A stretch of DNA of 64,000 nt, from the sequence record OQ223305.1; one strand, written 5' to 3'. Source of the stretch: Escherichia phage EO1. A program made the position numbers and the translations under genes. Below are positions 49,990 to 59,194 of the stretch, in pieces. The notes below the pieces were generated by a model. It had not been told where the DNA came from, searched no databases, and saw nothing but the letters and a program-made list of their open reading frames with translations. The number at the start of each line of letters is the position of its first letter. The stretch's first letter is position 1.

Positions 49990-50474
49990 TTTTAAAAACT
50001 CGCTGGTATGATTTAGATGACGGGGATGATGGCATTTCAGTTGATAGAGTTGACTGGAATGGCTGTTCCGAAGATATGAAAAATTTGCTGATTAGGGAGT
50101 TTAGAATGGGATATCAACCAGTTAAGCCATCTACTGCAACAGATGATAAATTCGTGTGTATTCATAATGGTCGCGCTAAATTAACGAACGCTGATTGGTT
50201 CACAGATAAAATTATGATTCTATGGTATATTATTAGTCTTCCTGTGACATCATTCGTATTTTACTTTTTTATAAAAAATCCAATGGACAGAATAGGAGAT
50301 TGGATTCTTTTAACCATACTTGTTAATATTTTTACTGCAGCAATATTATCTGGGATATGGTACACGTTCATTGAAATGCCATGGCGTTTACGCAGACAAC
50401 AAAAGATTTTTGATGAAAAGAAATATACCCAAAATTTAAATAGCTTTATCACTGAATGCAGGAAATTAAAATGA
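49986..50474 (+). CDS. Small 2-TM membrane protein (paralog family)
   Basis: 162 aa; two hydrophobic helices; C-terminal FITECRKLK; ATGA overlap with upstream gene. Confidence 0.55.
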   Translation: MILKTRWYDLDDGDDGISVDRVDWNGCSEDMKNLLIREFRMGYQPVKPSTATDDKFVCIHNGRAKLTNADWFTDKIMILWYIISLPVTSFVFYFFIKNPMDRIGDWILLTILVNIFTAAILSGIWYTFIEMPWRLRRQQKIFDEKKYTQNLNSFITECRKLK

Positions 50475-50911
50475 AAACATTATCAGCTGGTATTATCTTT
50501 ATGACAGAAGATAAAGATTTATTTATGGGACGAGTTACTGGTTCTCGTAAGCCTGGAATGATGGCACATCGCTGGGATATTCCAAAAGGTCGTGTAGAAA
50601 ATTCTGATTTAAGCGCATTAGATGCAGCACGAAGAGAATGCTCAGAAGAGACTGGTTTTAACAATTATAATCCAGACCTTCTAGAAGACCTAGGTGTATT
50701 TAAATATTCTAGTAATAAAGACTTACAGTTATTTTATTATACGATTCCAGTAGAGCATGAGATGTTCAGAAATTGCCGTTGTGAGTCTTATTTTGAAAAT
50801 AAAGATGGCGTTATGATTCCAGAGATGGATGCTTTTGCTCTTATTCCTCGTACTCAGTGGCAATATGTGATGGGTCCTTCACTTTACCGAATAATGAACA
50901 GCCTCTTTTAA
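50471..50911 (+). CDS. nudE: Nudix hydrolase NudE
   Basis: Nudix box GRVENSDLSALDAARRECSEETGF; ORF 50456-50911 trimmed to Met after RBS (MKTLSAG); position upstream of e. Confidence 0.8.
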   Translation: MKTLSAGIIFMTEDKDLFMGRVTGSRKPGMMAHRWDIPKGRVENSDLSALDAARRECSEETGFNNYNPDLLEDLGVFKYSSNKDLQLFYYTIPVEHEMFRNCRCESYFENKDGVMIPEMDAFALIPRTQWQYVMGPSLYRIMNSLF

Positions 50912-51442
<531 letters not shown>

Positions 51443-51446
51443 AGTT

Positions 51447-51476
51447 GTTTACTTTCTCCTAGAATTGTGATAGTAT
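51447..51476 (+). promoter_or_regulatory. T4-type early promoter (GTTTAC-N18-TAGTAT)
   Basis: aaagttGTTTACtttctcctagaattgtgaTAGTATattc. Confidence 0.5.
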
Positions 51477-51501
51477 ATTCACAGTTACTTGGAGGGATAA
51501 A

Positions 51502-51918
51502 ATGACTCGTATTAATTTGACTTTAGTATCTGAACTTGCTGATCAACATTTAATCGCAGAATACCGTGAATTGCCGCGTGTTTTTGGTATAGTTCGTAAG
51601 CATGTGGCAAACGGTAAGCGCGTTAAAGATTTTAAAATATCTTCTAAATTTATTTTAGGTTCTGGTCATGTTACGTTCTTTTATGATAAGTTAGAATTTT
51701 TGCGAAAGCGTCAATCGGACATTATAACGGAATGCTTAAAACGCGGGTTTAGTATAAAAGATACTGAAGTTCCTGACATCGGCGATATTCCAGCAGAATG
51801 GAAAAATGATTATAATCCATGCAAATCAGCTATTAAATTGAGTCAACAACGACTTGATGAAAAAATTTTAATGAAACCACATTGGTATAAGTATTACGGT
51901 AAAAATATTTACATTTAA
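51502..51918 (+). CDS. denV: Endonuclease V (pyrimidine dimer DNA glycosylase, DenV)
   Basis: 138 aa; [17 protein letters not shown]...[11 protein letters not shown] matches T4 endo V from memory. Confidence 0.9.
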   Translation: MTRINLTLVSELADQHLIAEYRELPRVFGIVRKHVANGKRVKDFKISSKFILGSGHVTFFYDKLEFLRKRQSDIITECLKRGFSIKDTEVPDIGDIPAEWKNDYNPCKSAIKLSQQRLDEKILMKPHWYKYYGKNIYI

Positions 51919-51927
51919 AGGAAACCC

Positions 51928-52401
51928 ATGAAAACATATCAAGAATTTATTACTGAAGCAGCTATTAATTCTCAAATTATTGCTGAATCTTTTACTGATC
52001 TTTTGAAATTTAAAAAAGGTCAAAAAATCACTGCTGTATTGGATGATGGTACAGAAGTTGAGATGGATGTACAGGGATATAATTATGCAGTAGATGGAAA
52101 ACTGTATAATAAATCTCATGCTAAATTTGATTCATTTGACGACTTTGTTAATACAGTTGAAGATGAAAAAACTCGTCGATCCATTGCAACTGGTGATGCT
52201 AAGGTTCTTATGGCACATGGTCATGAACGCATTCGCGCTAAACAGAATAAAATGGGTGAAGATAATTTTGCATTAGTTGGTTATCAATCTGGTAAACAAA
52301 CTTATGGCTATCAACGTACTGCTACCATGTATAATAAAAATGGTAAAATCGCCTTTGTGAATAGCAAAGGTTCTGTTCAGTATGTCAAATCATTCAAATA
52401 A
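51928..52401 (+). CDS. Internal protein (IPII/IPIII-like) with canonical capsid targeting sequence
   Basis: 157 aa; N-terminus MKTYQEFITE near-identical to T4 CTS MKTYQEFIAE; position of T4 ipII/ipIII. Confidence 0.7.
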   Translation: MKTYQEFITEAAINSQIIAESFTDLLKFKKGQKITAVLDDGTEVEMDVQGYNYAVDGKLYNKSHAKFDSFDDFVNTVEDEKTRRSIATGDAKVLMAHGHERIRAKQNKMGEDNFALVGYQSGKQTYGYQRTATMYNKNGKIAFVNSKGSVQYVKSFK

Positions 52402-52554
52402 GCAAATAAGAAATATGGGAACAAGCTGGACCTCATGATTCTATGAGGGATTCCCGCCAACCTGTAATAAGGTCGAGCCCAAGTGCGGTAATGGGTAAAT
52501 ACAGAAATGGAAAATTCATGCGCCATGGAATGGCCCAAATTTAGAGATAACAAA

Positions 52555-53094
52555 ATGAGAACATTTTTAACTGGTCCTTATCTATCCCTGATGAATGCTT
52601 TTACACACCATTCTGATGCTAGAGTAGAAGAAATTTGTAAAAACGATTATATCCCACCATTTGAAGACTTACTCAAGCAGTATTGCACACTTCGATTAGA
52701 TGGTGGCAGACAATCCGGTAAATCAACTGCTGTGACTAACTTTGCTGCTAATTGGCTGTATGATGGTGGAACAGTTATTGTTCTTTCTAATACTTCAGCT
52801 TACGCTAAAATTTCTGCAGGCCACATTAAAAAAGAATTTTCTCGTTATTCTGGCGATGATATTCGATTCCGCTTATTTACCGATTCTGTCCGTAGTTTTA
52901 TCGGTAATAAAGGAAGCAAGTTCAGAGGTTTATCGCTTTCACGAATTTTGTATATAATTGATGAGCCTGTTAAAGCTCCTGATATGGATAAAATTTACGA
53001 TATTCATATTGAAACTGTACATTACTGTTGCAATAGTAAATGCTGCATTGGTGGTATTACTCGTCCACAGTTTTTCATAATCGGAATGCAATGA
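52555..53094 (+). CDS. Small P-loop NTPase-like protein
   Basis: Walker A-like GGRQSGKST and Walker B-like ILYIIDEP; ORF 52507-53094, start tentatively Met at 52555. Confidence 0.45.
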   Translation: MRTFLTGPYLSLMNAFTHHSDARVEEICKNDYIPPFEDLLKQYCTLRLDGGRQSGKSTAVTNFAANWLYDGGTVIVLSNTSAYAKISAGHIKKEFSRYSGDDIRFRLFTDSVRSFIGNKGSKFRGLSLSRILYIIDEPVKAPDMDKIYDIHIETVHYCCNSKCCIGGITRPQFFIIGMQ

Positions 53095-53420
53095 TGACAG
53101 ACACACAGCTTTTCGAATATCTTTATTTTTCGCCAAAAACTATTAAAAATAAATTGGTGAATCATTTTGAAATTTTGGCAAATAATAACGTCTTGAGCGA
53201 ATTTTATCCTAAGCAATACAAATTACAAAAAGGCGTATTCAAAGGATGCAGAGTTTTGTGCACTGCTCCTAATGCAAGATTAATGAATAAAATTCCATAT
53301 TTTACCATGGAATTTATTGATGGACCTTTTAAAGGACTAATCACCCAAAGTTTAATGGCATATGATTCTGAGCCATTTTTAATTAAAGAACAGTCTTGGA
53401 TAAATTTATTTTCTAATTGA
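53091..53420 (+). CDS. Hypothetical protein
   Basis: ORF 53040-53420 trimmed to ATGATG at the upstream stop; 109 aa. Confidence 0.45.
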   Translation: MMTDTQLFEYLYFSPKTIKNKLVNHFEILANNNVLSEFYPKQYKLQKGVFKGCRVLCTAPNARLMNKIPYFTMEFIDGPFKGLITQSLMAYDSEPFLIKEQSWINLFSN

Positions 53421-53426
53421 GGTTAT

Positions 53427-53789
53427 ATGAAAGCATATCAAATTCTTGAAGGCACACATAAAGGTACTATTTATTTTGAAGATGGTATTCAAGCACGAAT
53501 TATTGTCTCCAAAACCTTTAAAGAGGACTCTTTTGTAGACCCAGAAATTTTCTACGGTTTGCATGCCCGTGAAATTGAAATTGAGCAACAGCCTACAGTT
53601 AAAATTGAAGGTGGTCAACACCTGAACGTTAACGTTCTGCGTCGTGAAACTCTGGAAGATGCAGTTAAGCATCCGGAAAAATATCCGCAGCTGACCATCC
53701 GTGTATCCGGTTATGCAGTTCGCTTTAACTCTCTGACTCCGGAACAGCAGCGCGACGTTATCGCTCGTACCTTTACCGAGAGTCTGTAA
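53427..53789 (+). CDS. Autonomous glycyl radical cofactor (GrcA/YfiD-like; counterpart of T4 Y06I)
   Basis: C-terminal 60-odd residues ...[61 protein letters not shown] carry the glycyl radical motif RVSGY and match E. coli GrcA from memory. Confidence 0.8.
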   Translation: MKAYQILEGTHKGTIYFEDGIQARIIVSKTFKEDSFVDPEIFYGLHAREIEIEQQPTVKIEGGQHLNVNVLRRETLEDAVKHPEKYPQLTIRVSGYAVRFNSLTPEQQRDVIARTFTESL

Positions 53790-54010
53790 TGGCAAAGATA
53801 ATTATTGAAGGTTCTAAAGATGTGCTAAATGCTTTCGCCGAGTGGTTTAGTAATTCAGGCGAACAGCAATTTAATGAAGCATGGAATATGGGTGATATTG
53901 ATGGAATTTATCCTACGACAGAAATTTCTGCTCAGGGATATGGCATTCATGAACCTATTCGTTTAGTTGAATATGATTTAGGTACTGGTGAGGAAGTAAA
54001 ATATGATTGA
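53789..54010 (+). CDS. Hypothetical protein
   Basis: 73 aa ORF, ATGG overlap with upstream stop. Confidence 0.45.
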   Translation: MAKIIIEGSKDVLNAFAEWFSNSGEQQFNEAWNMGDIDGIYPTTEISAQGYGIHEPIRLVEYDLGTGEEVKYD

Positions 54011-54269
54011 AGATATTAAGGGTTATAAGCCACATACTGAAGAGAAAATCGGTAAAGTGAATGCTATCAAAGATGCTGAAGTTCGTTTAGGACTTATCTT
54101 TGATGCTTTATATGATGAATTCTGGGAAGCACTAGATAATTGTGAAGACTGTGAATTCGCAAAGAATTATGCTGAAAGTCTTGATCAGTTAACTATTGCT
54201 AAAACGAAACTCAAAGAAGCCAGTATGTGGGCTTGTCGTGCTGTGTTCCAACCAGAGGAAAAATATTAA
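54003..54269 (+). CDS. Hypothetical protein
   Basis: 88 aa ORF. Confidence 0.45.
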   Translation: MIEDIKGYKPHTEEKIGKVNAIKDAEVRLGLIFDALYDEFWEALDNCEDCEFAKNYAESLDQLTIAKTKLKEASMWACRAVFQPEEKY

Positions 54270-54547
54270 TGGCTCAATTAAGCGCAGGGTTTGGTTATGA
54301 GTATTATACTGCCCCTCGTCGTGCATCTGTTGCTCCTAAGAAAATTCAAAGTCTTGATGACTTCCAAGAAGTAGTCCGTAAAGCTTTCCAGGACTATGCA
54401 CGTTATCTTAAAGAAGATTCACAGGACTGTCTCGAAGAAGATGAAATTGCTTACTATACGCAGCGTCTTGAACAGCTCAAAAATCTACATGAGGTTCGTG
54501 CAGAAGTTTCAAAGTCTATGAATAAATTGATTAGATTTAAAGAATAA
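54269..54547 (+). CDS. Hypothetical protein
   Basis: ORF 54227-54547 trimmed to Met after RBS ([13 protein letters not shown]), 92 aa. Confidence 0.45.
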   Translation: MAQLSAGFGYEYYTAPRRASVAPKKIQSLDDFQEVVRKAFQDYARYLKEDSQDCLEEDEIAYYTQRLEQLKNLHEVRAEVSKSMNKLIRFKE

Positions 54548-54549
54548 CT

Positions 54550-54579
54550 GTTTACTTTTCCTCTTGACTGTGGTATAAT
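54550..54579 (+). promoter_or_regulatory. T4-type early promoter (GTTTAC-N18-TATAAT, TG-extended) with RBS-sequestering stem
   Basis: ctGTTTACttttcctcttgactgtggTATAAT; stem cctcttgactg/cagttaagagg. Confidence 0.6.
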
Positions 54580-54606
54580 TTTTCTATCAGTTAAGAGGAG
54601 AATAAC

Positions 54607-55068
54607 ATGACTATCAATACAGAAGTTTTTATCCGTCGAAATAAGCTTCGTCGTCACTTTGAGTCGGAGTTTCGTCAAATTAACAATGAGATTCGTGAGG
54701 CATCAAAAGCAGCAGGGGTCTCATCGTTTCATCTAAAATATTCTCAGCATCTTCTTGATCGTGCAATTCAACGGGAGATTGATGAGACATATGTTTTTGA
54801 ATTATTCCACAAAATAAAAGACCATGTTTTAGAAGTTAATGAATTCCTGAGTATGCCTCCGCGTCCTGACATTGACGAGGATTTTATTGATGGGGTTGAA
54901 TATCGTCCTGGGCGTTTGGAAATTACAGATGGAAATCTTTGGCTTGGATTTACAGTTTGTAAGCCTAATGAGAAGTTCAAAAACCCGTCACTTCAATGCA
55001 GGATGGCAATTATCAACAGTCGTCGTTTACCAGGAAAGGCTTCTAAAGCAGTAATTAAAACTCAATGA
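54607..55068 (+). CDS. regB: Sequence-specific endoribonuclease RegB
   Basis: 153 aa, T4 RegB length; early promoter upstream; synteny near denV. Confidence 0.7.
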   Translation: MTINTEVFIRRNKLRRHFESEFRQINNEIREASKAAGVSSFHLKYSQHLLDRAIQREIDETYVFELFHKIKDHVLEVNEFLSMPPRPDIDEDFIDGVEYRPGRLEITDGNLWLGFTVCKPNEKFKNPSLQCRMAIINSRRLPGKASKAVIKTQ

Positions 55069-55075
55069 GGTAAGC

Positions 55076-55621
55076 ATGAGAAAAGCACTACTCGCTGGTC
55101 TATTGGCCATTTCAATGATGGCACATAGCTCCGAGCATACTTTCAGTAATGTCCAACTCGATAACATGCGTTACGCGTATCAATTCGGGGAACAATTTTC
55201 TAAGGATGGAAAATATAAAACACACAAAAATATCCACAAGAGCGGATTAGGTCATATAATGGCTGCTATTTTATGGCAAGAAAGCTCTGGCGGAGTTAAT
55301 TTAAAATCTAAACCAAAGCATCACGCCTACGGAATGTTCCAAAATTATTTGCCTACTATGCGAGCAAGAGTTAAGGAACTTGGTTATAATATGACCGATG
55401 CTGAAATAAAAAGAATGTTGAATAAACGGTCCAATTCAGCTTCCTGGGCGTACATTGAACTTTCTTATTGGTTAAATATACATAAGGGCGATATAAGAAA
55501 AGCAATATCCTCTTATAATTCGGGATGGAATGTTAAAGCAGGTTCTAAATATGCTTCTGAAGTCCTAGAAAAGGCTAATTACCTTAAAAATAATAAACTT
55601 TTGGAAATAGTAAATGACTAA
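55076..55621 (+). CDS. Secreted lytic transglycosylase-like protein (SLT domain)
   Basis: N-terminal signal peptide MRKALLAGLLAISMMAHS; SLT motifs LWQESSGG, YGMFQ, SYNSGWN. Confidence 0.6.
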   Translation: MRKALLAGLLAISMMAHSSEHTFSNVQLDNMRYAYQFGEQFSKDGKYKTHKNIHKSGLGHIMAAILWQESSGGVNLKSKPKHHAYGMFQNYLPTMRARVKELGYNMTDAEIKRMLNKRSNSASWAYIELSYWLNIHKGDIRKAISSYNSGWNVKAGSKYASEVLEKANYLKNNKLLEIVND

Positions 55622-55955
55622 AATTTTGGTTTTATGTATAGGATTAATTTCATTTTCTGCGTTAGCAGATACATCATATACTGAAATTAGAGAGTATGTA
55701 AACCGTACTGCAGCGGATTATTGCGGGAAAAATAAAGCATGCCAAGCTGAATTTGCACAGAAATTAATATATGCATATAAAGACGGAGAAAGAGATAAAT
55801 CAAGCAGATACAAAAATGATACATTGTTAAAACGATATGCTAAAAAGTGGAATACCTTAGAATGTTCAGTTGCGGAGGAGAAAGATAAAGCCGCTTGTCA
55901 TTCAATGGTTGACCGTTTAGTAGATTCTTATAATCGAGGATTGAGTACTAGATGA
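55614..55955 (+). CDS. Secreted Cys-containing protein
   Basis: Signal peptide MTKILVLCIGLISFSALA; four Cys. Confidence 0.5.
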   Translation: MTKILVLCIGLISFSALADTSYTEIREYVNRTAADYCGKNKACQAEFAQKLIYAYKDGERDKSSRYKNDTLLKRYAKKWNTLECSVAEEKDKAACHSMVDRLVDSYNRGLSTR

Positions 55956-56431
55956 TTGTAAAATATATCAAGGGCGATATTGTCGCCCTATTTCTTCAAG
56001 GTAATATTATTGCGCACGGGTGCAATTGTTTTCATACTATGGGTTCAGGTGTAGCGGGTCAATTAGCAAGAGCCTATCCCAAAATTTTAGAAATAGATAA
56101 AACTACTACCGAGTACGGTTCTCGTGATAAATTAGGCGATATGTCTATTGTTTTTAAACATAGTCCTACGGGATTTGGTATATGCTATAACCTGTATACA
56201 CAATACGAACCGGGTCCTAATCTTGATTATGGTGCTTTAGTAAACTGCATGATAGAATTAAATCTACAGGCAGAAACCCTTTTGTTTAAACCAGTAATTT
56301 ACATTCCACGCATAGGTTGCGGTATTGCTGGCGGCGATTGGGATAAGGTTTCTAAATTAATCGACATGTTTACTCCTGATATTGATTTAATAGTGGTGGA
56401 TTATGAAAGTACATTACCCGCATCCGTTTGA
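55952..56431 (+). CDS. Macro domain protein (ADP-ribose binding/processing)
   Basis: GNIIAHGCNCFHTMGSGVAGQLA and IPRIGCGIAGGDW resemble macro-domain signature motifs; 159 aa. Confidence 0.55.
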   Translation: MIVKYIKGDIVALFLQGNIIAHGCNCFHTMGSGVAGQLARAYPKILEIDKTTTEYGSRDKLGDMSIVFKHSPTGFGICYNLYTQYEPGPNLDYGALVNCMIELNLQAETLLFKPVIYIPRIGCGIAGGDWDKVSKLIDMFTPDIDLIVVDYESTLPASV

Positions 56432-56615
56432 TCCTAAAAACAAAGTGGAAATTATTCGTCAATGGGAACGCATTTGCCGTACTAAATGCCCAATTAATAG
56501 TCCACATGATGTAGATAAAGACTATATTGGAACATTCGTTGAATATACCTTTATTGATAGGAAAGGTCGTAAACAACATGTAGAAGAATATTGTTTAAAG
56601 GTTACATGGTTATGA
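56403..56615 (+). CDS. Hypothetical protein
   Basis: 70 aa ORF. Confidence 0.4.
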   Translation: MKVHYPHPFDPKNKVEIIRQWERICRTKCPINSPHDVDKDYIGTFVEYTFIDRKGRKQHVEEYCLKVTWL

Positions 56616-56818
56616 GCCAAACTAGTATTCTTAAAAATGCCCACTGCGAAAAGTGTGAATGGCCAGTTGTTTTTGCTTTATGTAATGATGAAATGGCTTG
56701 TGATTTCGATTATTGGTGCTATTGTTCCAATAAAGGATGCATCAATCATAAAGGTGAAGGATTTTATTCAGGATTTTATCCTTATCCTGATTTCGTTAAA
56801 GAAGGTAAACCGAAATGA
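56591..56818 (+). CDS. Cys-rich small protein (putative zinc-binding)
   Basis: CEKCEW...CNDEMACDFDYWCYCSNKGCINHKGE; 75 aa. Confidence 0.45.
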   Translation: MFKGYMVMSQTSILKNAHCEKCEWPVVFALCNDEMACDFDYWCYCSNKGCINHKGEGFYSGFYPYPDFVKEGKPK

Positions 56819-56988
56819 ATAGTTTTGAGTTACAATATGAAGTGTTACGTGAGCTTGATAATTTAATTGAACTCGCTGTCAATAAAGGTTTTGCCATTGG
56901 AATCGGTCAAAAAGATACTGGTCATTTAACTATGGAAATATTTAAGCAAAAGCGAATTATTTTAAAACTCCTGGAAATTAATATATGA
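56815..56988 (+). CDS. Hypothetical small protein
   Basis: 57 aa ORF below cutoff; ATGA overlaps at both ends. Confidence 0.35.
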   Translation: MNSFELQYEVLRELDNLIELAVNKGFAIGIGQKDTGHLTMEIFKQKRIILKLLEINI

Positions 56989-57170
56989 GTCTGAGTAAAG
57001 AACAAAAAGATAAATTGTTTGAGCTTATCCATGAACTTCTAGATGAGCATACAGAAGCAAACACCTTTTATGATGAATACGGCCCGCTATCTCCCGAACA
57101 GCAAGAAGAATTTGCTGATCGGTTTGATAAGAAAGAAAACGAATTAATAGCTTATGTGAATATGCTTTAA
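56985..57170 (+). CDS. Hypothetical acidic protein
   Basis: 61 aa ORF. Confidence 0.4.
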   Translation: MSLSKEQKDKLFELIHELLDEHTEANTFYDEYGPLSPEQQEEFADRFDKKENELIAYVNML

Positions 57171-57179
57171 GAAGGTGAT

Positions 57180-57761
57180 ATGGCGAGTTTAATTTTTACT
57201 TACGCAGCAATGAATGCTGGAAAATCTGCTTCTCTTTTGACTGCTGCACATAATTATAAAGAACGTGGAATGAGTGTATTAGTTCTTAAGCCTGCTATTG
57301 ATACTCGCGATTCTGTCTGTGAAGTCGTTTCTCGCATTGGAATTAAGCAGGAAGCGAATATTATTACGGATGATATGGATATTTTTGAGTTCTATAAATG
57401 GGCTGAAGCACAAAAAGATATTCATTGTGTATTTGTAGATGAAGCTCAGTTTTTAAAAACTGAACAGGTGCATCAATTAAGTCGAATTGTTGATACATAT
57501 AATGTTCCTGTTATGGCTTATGGGCTAAGGACTGATTTCGCTGGAAAATTATTTGAAGGTTCTAAAGAACTTTTGGCGATTGCAGATAAACTTATTGAAC
57601 TAAAGGCAGTTTGTCATTGTGGTAAAAAAGCTATTATGACAGCTCGATTAATGGAAGATGGAACACCAGTTAAAGAAGGTAATCAAATCTGTATTGGTGA
57701 TGAAATTTATGTTTCTTTGTGTAGAAAACATTGGAACGAATTAACTAAAAAGCTCGGTTAG
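57180..57761 (+). CDS. tk: Thymidine kinase
   Basis: 193 aa; P-loop AAMNAGKSASLL; C-terminal Zn-ribbon CxxC...CxxH; T4 Tk length. Confidence 0.9.
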   Translation: MASLIFTYAAMNAGKSASLLTAAHNYKERGMSVLVLKPAIDTRDSVCEVVSRIGIKQEANIITDDMDIFEFYKWAEAQKDIHCVFVDEAQFLKTEQVHQLSRIVDTYNVPVMAYGLRTDFAGKLFEGSKELLAIADKLIELKAVCHCGKKAIMTARLMEDGTPVKEGNQICIGDEIYVSLCRKHWNELTKKLG

Positions 57762-57770
57762 TGCAAAAGT

Positions 57771-57778
57771 TATAAATA
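57771..57778 (+). promoter_or_regulatory. Late promoter TATAAATA upstream of the rI region
   Basis: gtTATAAATAgg. Confidence 0.5.
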
Positions 57779-57803
57779 GGTTTATCTAACTAAAGGGGTA
57801 TAT

Positions 57804-58016
57804 ATGCTACAATTAACTGAAAAGCAACTTCGCAATCTTACTGTTCTTCAATTAGATGAAATTCGTAGGGAAGTTGGAAATATCATTTCAGCTTTGCGTC
57901 GAGAAGTATCACTCAACCAATCTCCGGCAGACTATACTAGATTGCGAAATTTTGAAAAATACCTTGATAAAGTTAAGGCCGTGCATCGGCATAAAGTAAA
58001 TACAGGACAAAAATGA
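57804..58016 (+). CDS. Hypothetical protein (position of T4 rI.-1)
   Basis: 70 aa ORF. Confidence 0.5.
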
Positions 58017-58028
58017 TAGGAGGCCTTT

Positions 58029-58322
58029 ATGGCCTTAAAAGCAACGGCACTATTTGCCATGCTAGGATTAGCGTTTGCTTTATCTCCACCGATTGAAGCG
58101 AATGTCGATCCTCATTTTGATAAATTTATGGAATCTGGCATTAGACATGTTTATATGCTTTTTGAAAATAAAAGCGTAGAATCATCTGAACAGTTCTATA
58201 GTTTTATGCGAACGACCTATAAAAATGACCCGTGCTCTTCCGATTTTGAATGTATAGAGCGAGGCGCGGAGATGGCACAATCATACGCTAGAATTATGAA
58301 CATTAAATTGGAGACTGAATGA
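58029..58322 (+). CDS. rI: Lysis inhibition regulator (antiholin) RI
   Basis: 97 aa; signal-anchor MALKATALFAMLGLAFALSPPIEA; T4 RI length; position after tk. Confidence 0.8.
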   Translation: MALKATALFAMLGLAFALSPPIEANVDPHFDKFMESGIRHVYMLFENKSVESSEQFYSFMRTTYKNDPCSSDFECIERGAEMAQSYARIMNIKLETE

Positions 58323-58705
58323 AATTCAGCGACTTTTCACAAAGTGGAAAACCTTCAAAGGCAGATGAATACTTAGGTTTATTAATGGCTGCACAAGCTT
58401 ATTTTCATTCTGCACATTTTGAAACTAAAAGTTATGCTAGACACAAAGCATACGATTTTATTTTCTCCGAGTTGCCAGATTTGATTGATAAATTTGGTGA
58501 GCAATATTTGGGGTATTCTGGTAGAAAATACACACCTTCAATTCCAGATGCCAGTAAACTTCCTACCGACACAATTAAAATGATTGATCGCATACTAGAC
58601 CAATCTAACAGCATTTATAAAGAAATGCCTCCAGCCATCCAAAGCACGATAGATGATATTACTGGAATGTTTTACCAGAGTAAATATCTTCTTTCCCTCG
58701 AATAA
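58319..58705 (+). CDS. Hypothetical protein (position of T4 rI.1)
   Basis: 128 aa ORF coupled to rI. Confidence 0.55.
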
Positions 58706-58709
58706 CATT

Positions 58710-58733
58710 AGTCTCCTTCGGGAGACTTTTTTC
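58710..58733 (+). terminator. Rho-independent terminator
   Basis: agtctcc-ttcg-ggagact plus tttttt. Confidence 0.7.
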
Positions 58734-58741
58734 ATTTTACC

Positions 58742-58771
58742 GGTTTACTTTCCATTTGAGCTGTGATACTA
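58742..58771 (+). promoter_or_regulatory. T4-type early promoter (GTTTAC-N18-TACTAT)
   Basis: gGTTTACtttccatttgagctgtgaTACTATacaacc. Confidence 0.55.
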
Positions 58772-58800
58772 TACAACCATCGGATAAAGAGGAGAACATC

Positions 58801-58989
58801 ATGAAAATTGAAGCACTTAATCAAGAAGGAAATATCTACGTCATTATTAATGGTGATTTTTTCGTCGACATGGATGAAGTTACTAGTGAAGAACTTGTAG
58901 AACTTCTTAAGAAACGTTATAATATGTGTGATGAAGTTGCAACTCACATGGCATGTGCAATATTCTCTCTTTCATATGTGGTGGAATAA
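58801..58989 (+). CDS. Hypothetical protein
   Basis: ORF 58756-58989 trimmed to Met after RBS gaggagaacatcATG; 62 aa. Confidence 0.45.
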
Positions 58990-59192
58990 TGATTAGTATT
59001 GAACAAGCAGATAAAATTAAGGAATTAGTGGCTTCAATTCGTAAAGCAGATGAAGAGCTGATTGACTTTGATTGGTATTCATCGGGTATTTCTAATAAAG
59101 GCATTAAAGACTTTGAAACTAAAGTGGATAATGCTATAGAAGCGTTAGATATGTTTCTTGATGAAATTATCGATCATAATACAAGAGTGTAA
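58989..59192 (+). CDS. Hypothetical protein
   Basis: ORF 58953-59192 trimmed to TAATG-overlap start; 67 aa. Confidence 0.4.
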   Translation: MISIEQADKIKELVASIRKADEELIDFDWYSSGISNKGIKDFETKVDNAIEALDMFLDEIIDHNTRV

Positions 59193-59194
59193 GT

